In this document: positions 1 through 9,421 of the stretch, piece after piece
How the letters are laid out: each line of letters opens with the position of its first letter
How positions within the stretch are numbered: the first letter of the stretch is position 1
IMG/VR virus record: IMGVR_UViG_3300032250_000458
Coordinates: 1 to 26,753 of that record
Strand: one strand, 5' to 3'
Length of the DNA stretch: 26,753 nt
From: a virus
Lineage: Duplodnaviria; Caudoviricetes
Position numbers and translations under genes: made by a program
Notes under the pieces: model-generated
Database searches by the model: none
Seen by the model: only the letters and a program-made list of their open reading frames with translations
What the model was told of the DNA's origin: nothing

Positions 1-123
1 CGCGCCTCCACGCTGGTGGCAGGGTTCGCAGGGAATGTCACCGCGCTGATTTCCACCAAGTTCGCATCGGTGATGACGCGCAGCGGCTTCCCATCGGGTG
101 CCTTTTCATAACGCTCGCCGCGC
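1..123. repeat. 123-bp terminal direct repeat, copy 1 (circular assembly overlap)
   Basis: Identical to 26631..26753; the protease ORF continues in frame across the join, giving a 26,630-bp circle. Confidence 0.95.
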
Positions 124-467
124 ACATGGAACCCGAAGCTGCATTGGCTCACCACGCCGGAACGGATCAGGGAAACCGCGTCACGGCTCACGGCCGTGTC
201 AGGAAGCGTGGCCTCAAAACCAAGCCCCACCTCGTCGGTGAAGATTCGCAGGTTCCCAGCGCGCACGCGGGCCATCGGCTTGCTGGTGTCATGGTTCCAA
301 AGCAAAGCCACATCCTCGGGGGACTCCAGCGCCGCATCAAATGCGGATCGGTCGATGCGCTCCCATGAATCGGGGCCCATCGTGTACGGCTCCCATGTCA
401 CCGCATAGCCACGAATTTTCAGATCATTCGACGGTGCGACGGTGCCGCTCGCGCGTGTTTCGGTCAT
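1..467 (-). CDS. HK97-family prohead (maturation) protease, 5' part; continues across the circle join to the stop at 26579 (172 aa total)
   Basis: Missing from the ORF track; hand translation from ATG 467 (ATGA overlap with portal stop): MTETRASG..KIRGYAVTW..ERIDRSAFD..LLWNHD..GLGFEATLPDT..QCSFGF..LVEISAVTFPANPATSVEAR, the NH / SFGF / EISxVxxPA motifs of HK97-type proteases. Confidence 0.93.
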   Translation of the reverse strand, partial: MTETRASGTVAPSNDLKIRGYAVTWEPYTMGPDSWERIDRSAFDAALESPEDVALLWNHDTSKPMARVRAGNLRIFTDEVGLGFEATLPDTAVSRDAVSLIRSGVVSQCSFGFHVRGERYEKAPDGKPLRVITDANLVEISAVTFPANPATSVEA

Positions 468-2233
468 GGCTTTCCCTCCAGTAGTGGCGTTTGCATGATT
501 TCATGCTCAAGCATTTCCAGTAGTTCGGTTGTGGCCACGCTCGGAAGCGGCTTCCACCCATCGACCGTATCGGACAGCGCCGCGATTTTCCCAACAGCGC
601 CGCGCAGATGGCGAGCGTGGCGCAACAGCGCCGCGTTCAGCACATCGGATGCCTTGCCCTCATCGCCCATGATGCGCCCAAGCCCGGTGATGGTGTCGCG
701 CAGGTCACCCGCGATGCAATCGATTGGTGGTGCCCACTTATCCAGCTTCGCCTGGGTGCGCGTCTTCAACAGGTATTCGGAAACCCTGTTCAGGTGGCGG
801 CCATACGCGTTTTCGATGGCGGGGCGCACCGCGTCAACCGCGGCGCGGATAGCGATCAGTTTCTTTGCATTGTCTCCCGCCTCGTCTTCGGCCGGATCAA
901 CATCCACGCTATCGGGCACCTCATTCGGTGCCAGGTCAACGCTCGCGGGCACTTCCTCGGCCGGTGCGGACACAGGCTCGGCCGGTGCCACGCCACCAGC
1001 GGCGGGCTCCGGCGCGGCCGTGTTGAGTGGCAGGCGGATGGACTCGCCGCCTGCAACCGCTGGCAAACCTTCCCGCGCGCGGCATTCGTTCGGGCTCATC
1101 AGCCCGGACATAATCGCCGTGTTGTAGGCGCTGAACCTCACCGCCATCTCTGCGCGCAGCATCGAATCAAATGAAATCCGTGTGCAGTACGGCGCACCTC
1201 GCACGATCAACTTTCGGCTGGCCTCTTGCTCAAGTCGCGTGGCCCAGCTTGAAAGGGTGTGCTTGACTAGATGGGCATCACCGCTCTCGGCGCTTGCGTA
1301 GCTCTGCGCCTCGGTTGAACCGATGCGCGCCGCAGGCACACCGAACGCCGCGGCAATCTGCTGGCGGCAGAACTCGCGGATGGCTACCAAATCAGCATCC
1401 TTCATCGTGGATGCCATCGGTTCGTACTTCATCCCATCCTCAAGCACCGCCACGCGGCCCGCGTTGCGCGCGTTGTGGGCCTTCTGCCAGGCTTCGCGCA
1501 GCCGCTGCGATGCCTCGGGGGACAGTTTGCCGGGCAGGGATAGCGTGCCCGAAGGCACGGCATTGTTGGCCCAGTACTTGGTAACGAACTCCTGCACGAT
1601 CAATTCCAGCCCGATGGTTTCGCGCATCAGGTGGATCGGAGCGATGCCCAGCAGCCCTTCGAACGACGAGCCGCACAGGTGAAACACATCGTAGGGGCGG
1701 AAGCGGCGTGCCTTTTTCTCGGCATCCTTCCCGGTGTAGTTGCCCGTGTAAACCTGAATGTAGGGCTGGTTTGCACCGTCGCGCATCATCTGCACCATGT
1801 CCGGGCGCAGCAGTTCAAGCGAAACGGGCATACCGGATGCATCGCGCTGGATGTATGCGTATCCGTTTCCGGTCAGCAGCGCATTGGTGAGCAGCGTTTC
1901 ACGGAACACCAGCGCGCTGGTGTCTTCGTTCGGCTCCACATTCAGCAGGTTCGCCAGCGGGTGGTTAGGTTCAACCACCTTGCCTTCCGGAGTCTCGCGC
2001 AAAATCTGCCACTCTAGCTTCGCAATGCTTGACGCGATCAGGCGAACGCACGCGTACACGCTCGGGGACTCCATCGCGGTAAGCGGGTTGATGTTTGATC
2101 CGGTGAACGAATAGGAAGACACATAGGACTGCACCGCACCCGAAACAGGTTGCCCAATGGGTGTATTGTCTTCGTACTCGCTGCGCGGCGGCTGTGGCCC
2201 CAAGTACCTGCGGAGAATGTCGATTAGAGCCAT
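464..2233 (-). CDS. HK97-family portal protein with long C-terminal extension (589 aa)
   Basis: VYACVRLIASSIAKL, LLNVEPN, LLTGNGYAYI, GIAPI, AVLEDGMKY, IAAAFGVP, MSPNECRAREGLP motifs; lies between terL and protease. Confidence 0.95.
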   Translation of the reverse strand: MALIDILRRYLGPQPPRSEYEDNTPIGQPVSGAVQSYVSSYSFTGSNINPLTAMESPSVYACVRLIASSIAKLEWQILRETPEGKVVEPNHPLANLLNVEPNEDTSALVFRETLLTNALLTGNGYAYIQRDASGMPVSLELLRPDMVQMMRDGANQPYIQVYTGNYTGKDAEKKARRFRPYDVFHLCGSSFEGLLGIAPIHLMRETIGLELIVQEFVTKYWANNAVPSGTLSLPGKLSPEASQRLREAWQKAHNARNAGRVAVLEDGMKYEPMASTMKDADLVAIREFCRQQIAAAFGVPAARIGSTEAQSYASAESGDAHLVKHTLSSWATRLEQEASRKLIVRGAPYCTRISFDSMLRAEMAVRFSAYNTAIMSGLMSPNECRAREGLPAVAGGESIRLPLNTAAPEPAAGGVAPAEPVSAPAEEVPASVDLAPNEVPDSVDVDPAEDEAGDNAKKLIAIRAAVDAVRPAIENAYGRHLNRVSEYLLKTRTQAKLDKWAPPIDCIAGDLRDTITGLGRIMGDEGKASDVLNAALLRHARHLRGAVGKIAALSDTVDGWKPLPSVATTELLEMLEHEIMQTPLLEGKP

Positions 2234-3876
2234 TCAAGTTCCTTGGTTTCGTAGATGCTCGGCGCTGTGTGTTCCTCACCCTGAAACATCCAACCAGCCA
2301 ATGCGCTAACAAGGGCCGCTACCGGATCGATGCGTTCGGTGCTGGATGCCTTGCTCGGTTTGATGTTCCCGGCTGCATCTGTGTCCTGATCAATGACGGT
2401 GTTACTAACAGCCCAATTTAGCAGCGGGTTATCCGGATGGCGCAGTTTTTTGGATAGAACCAAGGCTTCCAGTTTCTTCGACGGTTCCGAAAGTGACCGG
2501 AAGCCTTGACGCACTTCCACCATCGGCACACCTTCGCGCAACAGCCCGGTTGCTAGTTGCGTTGCACCCCACGGATCGAATGCAACGCGCTTCACATGAA
2601 ACCGCTTGCACAGATTGCGGATGAAGCGTGCCACCTCGTCATAGTCAACGCACGGGCCTGGCGTTGGTCGCAACCAACCTTGATTCGACCAAACATCGTA
2701 TGGCGCTCGATCGCTTCGGCTTCGGCGGCGGATTCCTTCCTCGGGGCACCATGAGTAGGAATAAACATCCATGAAGCCATCATCGGATGGGAACACAAGC
2801 GAAAGGCTTGTTAGGTCTTTCGTGGTGGACAGGTCAAGCCCGGCCCAACACTCGCGCCCGGCTAGAGCTTCCTCGGTGATTTCCTTGGACGCGCACGCGG
2901 CCCATGCCTCAAAACCAATCCACGCGCGCTTGCTCTCCACCCATTGGTTTAGATACAGCGTGCGAAAGGTGTTTTGGTAACTCGGCAACTCCAACGCCTT
3001 CGCGCACTCGCTCGCTAGGAACTCTTCGCTGATGGTCACGCCCAGGCTGGGGTTCGCTTGCTTCCACACCTTGGGGCTTGTCCAATCCGCGTCCACCGGC
3101 GCGCCGAACAGCACGGGCAAGAATTGATGGTTCTTCACCAATCCATCGCGCACCTTCTCTGCTAACTGGTGCAGTTCGTAGCACAGGCTGTTCCGATCCG
3201 AACCCGCGGTGGTGATGCACAGTTTCAATGGCTGGCTGCGCGAACCTTGGCCGGTGGCCATCGCGTCATACAGGTCACGCCCATTTGGCCCGTAGGTGTG
3301 CAGCTCGTCAAACACGATGCATGACGGATTCTTGCCGTGCTGCGCTCCTGCATCGCTTGAAAGAATCTCTAACTTGCTGTTTCGGTAGTTGGCCACATTC
3401 CGGTACACGGTCACGAACTTCGACAGCGCCGCGTTGCTTTGAATCATCTGCCGCGCGCTATCACCGCACACCGCTGCTTGGTCACGAGTTGAGGCGCAGC
3501 AGTAGATTTCCGCTCCGCGTTCTGATTCAGAATCGCAAACCAGCATCCATAAGCAAATGGCGCTCATCAGCGTGGTCTTGCCGTTTTTGCGCCCAATCTC
3601 CGTATAGCACTCGCGGAACCTGCGCTTGCCATCGGCGCGCTTCCAGCACAGCAAGGTGGCAATGTAGTCCTCTTGCCAAGGGAGAAGCGTGAACGGTTTC
3701 CCGGCGAACTCGCCCTTTTGATGGGTCAGCGCGCCGAAGAAAGCCCGGATGCGTTCCCACTCCTGATCATCAAACCAATCCCCAGGCTCGGCGGTCTTGG
3801 ATGCGCTGAACCCGGCAACGGTTGCGTTTTTAGGATGCCTTCGCCGCGAGCATGCTTTGGAGGATGCTTTCGCCAT
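2224..3876 (-). CDS. terL: Terminase large subunit (~550 aa; start uncertain)
   Basis: LLPWQ, Walker A GRKNGKTT, Walker B IVFDELH, ITTAG, nuclease GLDLSTTKD and RIDPVAA motifs. Confidence 0.95.
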   Translation of the reverse strand: MAKASSKACSRRRHPKNATVAGFSASKTAEPGDWFDDQEWERIRAFFGALTHQKGEFAGKPFTLLPWQEDYIATLLCWKRADGKRRFRECYTEIGRKNGKTTLMSAICLWMLVCDSESERGAEIYCCASTRDQAAVCGDSARQMIQSNAALSKFVTVYRNVANYRNSKLEILSSDAGAQHGKNPSCIVFDELHTYGPNGRDLYDAMATGQGSRSQPLKLCITTAGSDRNSLCYELHQLAEKVRDGLVKNHQFLPVLFGAPVDADWTSPKVWKQANPSLGVTISEEFLASECAKALELPSYQNTFRTLYLNQWVESKRAWIGFEAWAACASKEITEEALAGRECWAGLDLSTTKDLTSLSLVFPSDDGFMDVYSYSWCPEEGIRRRSRSDRAPYDVWSNQGWLRPTPGPCVDYDEVARFIRNLCKRFHVKRVAFDPWGATQLATGLLREGVPMVEVRQGFRSLSEPSKKLEALVLSKKLRHPDNPLLNWAVSNTVIDQDTDAAGNIKPSKASSTERIDPVAALVSALAGWMFQGEEHTAPSIYETKELEWL

Positions 3877-4300
3877 TCTGCTTTTTCTTCGATGACTGCA
3901 AGCCAACCCGGCTGGCGGGGGATAAACCGAATTCGCGGCACAGGCGCGCAACCTCTGCGCGCGCATTGTCACGCACCTTCAGCGCCGGATTCAGGATTTT
4001 CCCTTGTGGGGTCACGATGGTCATGCCCTCGGACTCAATCAGCGCCTGCGCTTTCTCCCACTCCGCAGCGGCTAACGCGTAGTGGTTGTGGCTTACATAG
4101 TCCTCGGATGCGTAGAGCCCAAGCCCGCGCAGGTCATCCACCAGCCGATCGAAGTAGCGGCGCGCAATTTGGCACGCCATCACCTGGCTAAACAGGGTGG
4201 CTGGGCCATCGGTGTTGCCATCCGGCTCGGTCAGCCGCTCGGGCAAAAGCACAGAATTGCGCAATTTCAATGTGGGGGTAGGGGTTCGCCTAGGGGGCAT
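3830..4300 (-). CDS. terS: Terminase small subunit, P27-like (156 aa)
   Basis: PTPTLKLRN N-terminus, EG...NPA...EFGLSPASR C-terminal motif; directly upstream of terL. Confidence 0.88.
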   Translation of the reverse strand: MPPRRTPTPTLKLRNSVLLPERLTEPDGNTDGPATLFSQVMACQIARRYFDRLVDDLRGLGLYASEDYVSHNHYALAAAEWEKAQALIESEGMTIVTPQGKILNPALKVRDNARAEVARLCREFGLSPASRVGLQSSKKKQNGESILQSMLAAKAS

Positions 4301-4479
4301 TGCGTTTTGGTTCGTATCTGATACCGTTTCCGCGGTTCGAATCGATCCTGAAGCATCCTAAGGCCGTTTTAGGGTCATTCGTGGGATTGTTAGCCGCGTG
4401 CAACGCGGTCCCAACATTGGTCCTACCTCGCCTATCGCTCAAATCCGACCCTCCCCCCCGTTTTTAGCGCAAAAATGGC
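4301..4479. other. Probable cos/packaging-initiation region
   Basis: Non-coding gap between HNH and terS, where cos lies in HNH-terS-terL phages; G7 tract on the minus strand and repeated CGTTTT(T)AG-like words; exact cut site not determinable. Confidence 0.55.
4453..4475 (+). repeat. 23-bp dyad motif C7-G-TTTTT-AGCGC-AAAAA, copy A
   Basis: Reverse complement matches 13838..13860 at 22/23 positions. Confidence 0.85.
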
Positions 4480-4833
4480 CTATTGCTTGTTCGCCTTGCG
4501 AGCGATCAGGTCGCGCATGGTCTTCCGGTCATGGCACTCGCCACACAAACCTTGCAGGTTCGCGCGCGCGTTATCCCCGCCATCGCGCAGGGGCAGGATG
4601 TGGTCAACCTCCACCGCAGGCACAGGCACGCCCCGCGCCAGGCAATGGCGGCACAGGGGTTCAGCGTTCAGGATCACCAGCCGCAGCTTGCGCCACGCCG
4701 CGCCATAGCCACGCTGGCTGGCCGTGCCGCGCTTCTCATCGTGGCGCTGCTGCGCGTTCACCCAGGTGCGCGGCGCGGCTGCCTTGCCCGCGTTGATCCG
4801 CAGGCGGGGTGGGAACCGGCGGGGCTCGGTCAC
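4480..4833 (-). CDS. HNH endonuclease, terminase-associated (HK97 gp74-like; 117 aa)
   Basis: RGYGAAWRKLR..CRHC..VDHILPLRDGG..NLQGLCGECHDRKT; GTG start overlaps the upstream stop. Confidence 0.92.
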   Translation of the reverse strand: MTEPRRFPPRLRINAGKAAAPRTWVNAQQRHDEKRGTASQRGYGAAWRKLRLVILNAEPLCRHCLARGVPVPAVEVDHILPLRDGGDNARANLQGLCGECHDRKTMRDLIARKANKQ

Positions 4834-5117
4834 GCGTCCACCTTGCGATACCTGGCGCGCCACAGGGCGCGGGCTATGGCGCTCGCCGTGGCCTCTACGG
4901 CCGCCTCATCCAGCTCCGGCCGTGCAGCGTGTAGGCACTCATGCACCAGCACATCTAGCGCCCTCTGGCCGCGCAGGGCGCGCCGGACTTGGATGAGCGG
5001 GTGGCGGCCCGCAGGTAGCCAGCAGCGGCCCCAATCGGTTCCCATCACGCGTGCGGGTTCAAAACGCACACGCCAAACACGCCCGGCAATGCGGGTGCGG
5101 AACTCATCGCCCTTCAC
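4830..5117 (-). CDS. Small HEXXH (zincin-like) protein, 95 aa
   Basis: DWGRC..VLVHECLHA..E motif; coupled start/stop on both sides. Confidence 0.7.
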   Translation of the reverse strand: MKGDEFRTRIAGRVWRVRFEPARVMGTDWGRCWLPAGRHPLIQVRRALRGQRALDVLVHECLHAARPELDEAAVEATASAIARALWRARYRKVDA

Positions 5118-5869
5118 GGCATCACCTCTAGCCGCGCTTCCCAGTTGCGACCACGGCGGCGGCTCATGGGCTCGCCCACATCGATCACGATGATGGCGCT
5201 ACCCCATTGCGATGTGTCGCGGCGGCTCATCCACCCAGGCTGAAGCGGGCCGCAGGTACCCGCGTTCGCGTACCAGTAGGGCAGCGGAATGGATCGGGTG
5301 CGCCTGCATTGCGTTGGCGCAACTGGGCGGTGGGTATGCCCGCGGATGAACAGCCGGTGCGGGGCTCCGCCGGTGGCGTTGAAGAATTGCAGCGCCTCTA
5401 GTTCGTCGGAGTTCTGCCCCACATCGAAACCATGGGTAGCCACGATGGGGCCAAGCTCAAGGCACCCGTTCCGATCCTTGCGGTATGGGGTCCAATGCCA
5501 CCGCTTCGCTTCGGTTGCGAACGGTTCCGCGTGCATGAAATCGGCTACAGCCCGCAACGCACGCGGGATGCGGCGGGGGTCTTGGCTCCGCAAATTGTCA
5601 TCGTGGTTGCCTTCTGTGATATGGCACCGTGCTTTGCGCGGCAACACCTCACGGATCGATTTCAGGAACGCGGCCGCGTGCCTGTACTCGTCTAGCAGCG
5701 AATGCCCGGCCTCGTCGGGGTGAACGCTCGCCGCGCTGGCTTCGAACACATCACCAAGGTGGATGAAGTGCGTAAGCCCCTTCATATCGGCAAGCGTTTT
5801 GAGTAGCCAATGGTGCGTAGCCATTGGGGTGTGCGGCGAATGCGTGCAGCTAATCGCCGCAACTTTCAA
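5114..5869 (-). CDS. Calcineurin-like metallophosphoesterase (251 aa, TTG start)
   Basis: SCTH (DxH variant), HLGDVFE, EGNHD, THG, GHTH motifs in canonical order. Confidence 0.85.
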   Translation of the reverse strand: MKVAAISCTHSPHTPMATHHWLLKTLADMKGLTHFIHLGDVFEASAASVHPDEAGHSLLDEYRHAAAFLKSIREVLPRKARCHITEGNHDDNLRSQDPRRIPRALRAVADFMHAEPFATEAKRWHWTPYRKDRNGCLELGPIVATHGFDVGQNSDELEALQFFNATGGAPHRLFIRGHTHRPVAPTQCRRTRSIPLPYWYANAGTCGPLQPGWMSRRDTSQWGSAIIVIDVGEPMSRRRGRNWEARLEVMP

Positions 5870-6237
5870 GGCTCCGGCTCCGCATTCATGGGCGGGCGCT
5901 CGGCGATCATGGCGAGCAATCGGCGCGCGAACTCCGGCGCATCGCTGGGGCGCAGCATTACCGCCCATTCGGTGTCCCCGTCCTGGCGCATCATCACAAA
6001 TGGCACGGTTCCGGGTGTTGCATCGCGCTCCGCTTGCTCAAGGAACTTCAACGCGCCAATCGCCGCGTACCGCTTCACTTCGCAATGCAGGCCCGGCAGG
6101 CCCAGCAAATCGGCATCACCGGCGGCCCCACAAAACTGCTGCGCTCGGCGCGCCTCGGTGGCGTTCCAATGCTGTTGCAGCACCGCCGCTGCTTCGCGCT
6201 CGCCTGCCTTGCCCTTTTGCCGTGAATGGCTGCCCAT
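5866..6237 (-). CDS. Holliday junction resolvase, Hjc-like PD-(D/E)XK (123 aa)
   Basis: SRQKGKAGERE..DADLL..HCEVKR motif. Confidence 0.78.
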   Translation of the reverse strand: MGSHSRQKGKAGEREAAAVLQQHWNATEARRAQQFCGAAGDADLLGLPGLHCEVKRYAAIGALKFLEQAERDATPGTVPFVMMRQDGDTEWAVMLRPSDAPEFARRLLAMIAERPPMNAEPEP

Positions 6238-6259
6238 GCGGTCATCCTCTCACAGTTTT

Positions 6260-6541
6260 TCACGCGGGATGGAAATACGCTTCGCCACCGTCATCCCGGT
6301 AGCGCATCCGGCCGCTGTACCACCACACGCCTTGCTTGTCCGGGATGTAGATCGCCTCGGTGTAGACATCGCGCCCGATGTTCGATGGAAGTTCCTCGCA
6401 GCACACGCCCATGACCACAGGCACGCGGATTTCTAAATCCGTGCCATCGACCTGCACGCGGTCACCGTCACATGGGCCCCAGCGCAGTTGCACTTCCTCC
6501 ATGCCCGGCATTATCCCGCTGCCGCATTCGTGGCTCGTCAT
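6260..6541 (-). CDS. Hypothetical protein (93 aa; start may be later)
   Basis: ATGA-coupled to the upstream gene; GPCDG motif like small conserved phage proteins. Confidence 0.6.
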   Translation of the reverse strand: MTSHECGSGIMPGMEEVQLRWGPCDGDRVQVDGTDLEIRVPVVMGVCCEELPSNIGRDVYTEAIYIPDKQGVWWYSGRMRYRDDGGEAYFHPA

Positions 6542-6882
6542 TTCATCACCTCGCGCAGCTTCGCGCGCAGGTGCATCGCGTGCGCCTTGCGGAATATCGC
6601 GGCAACCAAGCGCGCGAACTCTCGCACCTCGTCAGGGTCGGGTGGCCGCCGGTGCAGGCTGCGCGTGGCGGTTTGGATGTCATCGATGCCCAGCGCGATG
6701 GCCGCGGCCGATGGTTCGACCTGGCACACCCGCACGATCACGGCTAGCGCGGTGATGCGCTCGCGCTGGTGGCGGCGCAGGTGATCCCGGTAGGCGGCCA
6801 TGCTCGCATCGTTCCCGTACCCGAACTCAAGGGACGCAAGCGCCATCACCACCTGCCACGGTTGTGCGCTTGTGGTTCCCAT
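6538..6882 (-). CDS. Hypothetical protein, possible degenerate DnaA domain IV-like HTH (114 aa)
   Basis: AAGGGA RBS; ERITALAVIVRVCQVEPSAAAIALGIDDIQTATRSL loosely follows the DnaA C-terminal pattern; adjacent to the putative origin. Confidence 0.5.
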   Translation of the reverse strand: MGTTSAQPWQVVMALASLEFGYGNDASMAAYRDHLRRHQRERITALAVIVRVCQVEPSAAAIALGIDDIQTATRSLHRRPPDPDEVREFARLVAAIFRKAHAMHLRAKLREVMK

Positions 6883-6900
6883 TTATGCATATTCCCTTCG

Positions 6901-7045
6901 ATTCCGATAACTGATCCGATAGGGCTGGGTTGTTTTTTTCTTTTTTCTCTCTCCCTTTAGGGGAGAGAAAAAGGAAATAAAACAGCCCTGCCGCCCTAAT
7001 TTCGCCATTTGAAATTGGGCCGAAAACCTAATTAGTATCGGACTT
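6901..7045. other. Putative replication origin: AT-rich long imperfect palindrome with flanking repeats
   Basis: AGGGCTG(6921)..TCTCTCCC-TTTAG-GGGAGAGA..CAGCCCT(6989); second dyad 6993-7020; TCCGATA at 6903, 6915 and inverted at 7036; immediately downstream of the primase-helicase. Confidence 0.55.
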
Positions 7046-7067
7046 TCCCTCATCGTGTTACACGCTG

Positions 7068-9071
7068 TTACGCGTCTCCGTTTGAATTATTCACGGCGGC
7101 TGGGTGGGTTCTGCGCACCCACACCACACCCTTTGTGCTGCCCTGCTTCTCAATCAACCCGCTACCCAGCGCCAGCGTTCGCAGGCTCTCGGCGCGGCCC
7201 TTGGTGAGTTTCATGGCCTCGGCGGTTGCTCGCAGCTCCGCGCCGCTCATGGCCTCACGATCCAGCCACACCGTGGCACCGTTGGCCTGCTTCGTCTCAA
7301 CCCGGAAGCATTCCTCCACGAACCGTTGGGCGCTCCACCCGTCATCGTCTGCATCTTTCTTGCCTGGCTTGGCCAAATCCTTGGGGTCAAGGTGCGGGGC
7401 CATGTGAAACAGGGGATAGGCCCAGCGCAGCACGCGCGGTTCGATGGGGGCGAACGAACGCACCGCCGCGTCCAGCACCACATGCCCTTCCTCCCGGTGG
7501 TGGCGCAGAATCAAATGGCTATCAGCGGCGCGGCTCATCGATCCAGCGCCCGCGCCCACATCGGTCACACCCTTACCGGCTTGATCGCCCTTGCTGGTGT
7601 GGTGGATCATCACGAACGCGCAATCCAGCGTGCGCGCCCACCTATCCACTTGGTTGTAGATGCGCGCCATGCTCCCGTTATCGTTTTCATCCGTGCGCGC
7701 TGGCAGGAAGCGGTAGAACGCGTCGAGGATCACCACCGTGTACTGCCCGGCCGCGCAATGGTCGAACAGGCGCGCGCCCAGCCCGTCAAAATCCACTAGG
7801 TCACCGCGCAGGTTCAGGATGTCCAAGCGATCCGCTAGGGACTCAAACGGAATGCCCTGCGCCGCGCACAGCTTCGGGATGCGGTCCGCGCTTGTCTCCG
7901 GGTGCAATTCGTTATCCACGATCAGGACTCGGCCCGCCTTCGGGATTTGGAAACCCATCCACGGTTCGCCCCTGGCAACGCACAGCGCCATTTGGTTCAC
8001 CATGAAGCTCTTGCCCATCTTTGGGCTACTGATCAGGTTCAGGGTTTCGCCCGTTCGTAGAAGCCCTTCGATGACCGGCCGCCGCAACTCCGGGCACCTC
8101 GCCACGAGGGCGCAGATGGGCACAGGCTGCAACCGCGCCGCCGGGGCGGCTGGCGGGGGCTCCAAGGCCTGCACAGCCTCTGCGGGGCCGCTCACGGCCT
8201 TCCGCTCGGCGGCGAACGCGTTCGGTATCTGCCGCTGGTTCAGGTCGATCAGTTCATCGGCGGTGAGGCCCAGCGTGGCCGCCCTAGCCATGATCCTCGG
8301 CCCGGCCTCGGCGATGCTCCACCCGCGCGCCTTCATGTCACAGGCCACCGTAAAGACGGTGGTGCGCCTGCCCTGGCGCATGATGAAACCTTCCTCTAGG
8401 AACCGCCTAGAAAGGTCTGAAAGCGATCCGGCTGCCGGTGTGGCCAATGGTGGAATCAACACCGTCCCGCCCTCCTGCGGGGCAGGGAACTCGTCTAGCG
8501 TCCAAATGTGATCCGCTTCGCTCTCATGCACCACGCACAGCGGTTGCTCGGGGTACTTCCAGTTGTGGAAGCCAGGCACGCGCATTACCCGCGGCGCATC
8601 GGTCACGCTGGAATCGGAACCCAGTCGGTGGGCGAGCGCCTTTTGGTAGCGCGTCCACTCGGCTAGGTCGGTCATCGGCTCCGCCAAGCGCCACCACGAA
8701 TGGATGCCACCGCCCGTCTTCACCACCACCGTGGGTTCGGGGATGTTGGCTTCCCTCCACGCCATCCGGGCTTGCTCAACCGTGGTGCCGCCATCAAAAT
8801 CGGCGAACAGGCAGCGGGCCAACGCCACATCGGTGGCCTTACCGCCGCGCCCGCTTCGCGGGTTGGCCCCGAAATACACATGTTGGCCCTTCGCCACCGT
8901 CGCGGCAAGCTGCGCGATGACGCGCGATGCCTTCGCCTGGGGAACCCAATCGCGCAGCCCACCAGCGCCGCCGATGGTGCGAAACTCGATCAGGTCATTG
9001 GCTTCGAAGATCAGGCCCAGCAGTTGATAGGCGGACTCAATCGCCGCGGCTGCTGCATCGGTGGTGGTCAC
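7068..9071 (-). CDS. Primase-helicase fusion: RepB-type AEP primase, PriCT-like linker, AAA_25/RecA-like helicase (667 aa)
   Basis: LFADFD, KTGGGIHSWW, DAPRVMRVPG primase motifs; SSPKMGKS Walker A, VILDAF Walker B, IHHTSKG..GAGS helicase motifs; GTGA-coupled start. Confidence 0.9.
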   Translation of the reverse strand: MTTTDAAAAAIESAYQLLGLIFEANDLIEFRTIGGAGGLRDWVPQAKASRVIAQLAATVAKGQHVYFGANPRSGRGGKATDVALARCLFADFDGGTTVEQARMAWREANIPEPTVVVKTGGGIHSWWRLAEPMTDLAEWTRYQKALAHRLGSDSSVTDAPRVMRVPGFHNWKYPEQPLCVVHESEADHIWTLDEFPAPQEGGTVLIPPLATPAAGSLSDLSRRFLEEGFIMRQGRRTTVFTVACDMKARGWSIAEAGPRIMARAATLGLTADELIDLNQRQIPNAFAAERKAVSGPAEAVQALEPPPAAPAARLQPVPICALVARCPELRRPVIEGLLRTGETLNLISSPKMGKSFMVNQMALCVARGEPWMGFQIPKAGRVLIVDNELHPETSADRIPKLCAAQGIPFESLADRLDILNLRGDLVDFDGLGARLFDHCAAGQYTVVILDAFYRFLPARTDENDNGSMARIYNQVDRWARTLDCAFVMIHHTSKGDQAGKGVTDVGAGAGSMSRAADSHLILRHHREEGHVVLDAAVRSFAPIEPRVLRWAYPLFHMAPHLDPKDLAKPGKKDADDDGWSAQRFVEECFRVETKQANGATVWLDREAMSGAELRATAEAMKLTKGRAESLRTLALGSGLIEKQGSTKGVVWVRRTHPAAVNNSNGDA

Positions 9072-9421
9072 TTGGATTCCCCAAAGCAATCCCAACCCTT
9101 CGAAGCTGCAAACGCGTTGGGGTCCATGTACATGCGCGCAAGAGTTCGGCGCAGCGCGTCACGGTCTGCACGCAATTCCGCCATCTCTTGGCGAATCTGC
9201 GCGGCCTTCTGATCGTCGTTCCGATCCGTTTGCACGCGCTCTAGGTAATCGTTCCGTTTCCTGAAATCTTCGCACCGCTCGCGCAGGTAGTCCGCGCGCT
9301 CTTCCCATGTTTTCGCTTGCTCGCGTAGGGTGGCAATGGCTGCGATGGCGCGGGCAATCAGCCCGTGCGGCTTGGTGCATACACGCTGCAAATCGCGCAA
9401 CAGCGCGTCATACGGTTCCAT
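9068..9421 (-). CDS. Hypothetical coiled-coil protein (117 aa)
   Basis: Fills the operon with overlaps on both sides; charged heptad-like sequence. Confidence 0.65.
   Translation of the reverse strand: MEPYDALLRDLQRVCTKPHGLIARAIAAIATLREQAKTWEERADYLRERCEDFRKRNDYLERVQTDRNDDQKAAQIRQEMAELRADRDALRRTLARMYMDPNAFAASKGWDCFGESK

Noticed and set aside
1-123. Terminal repeat as a biological direct terminal repeat
   Set aside because: It falls mid-protease gene, and the HNH-terS-terL layout points to cos ends near 4301-4479; best explained as assembly overlap
4331-4345. Second GGTTCGAATC T-loop-like word near cos
   Set aside because: No T-stem or acceptor sequence around it; likely chance
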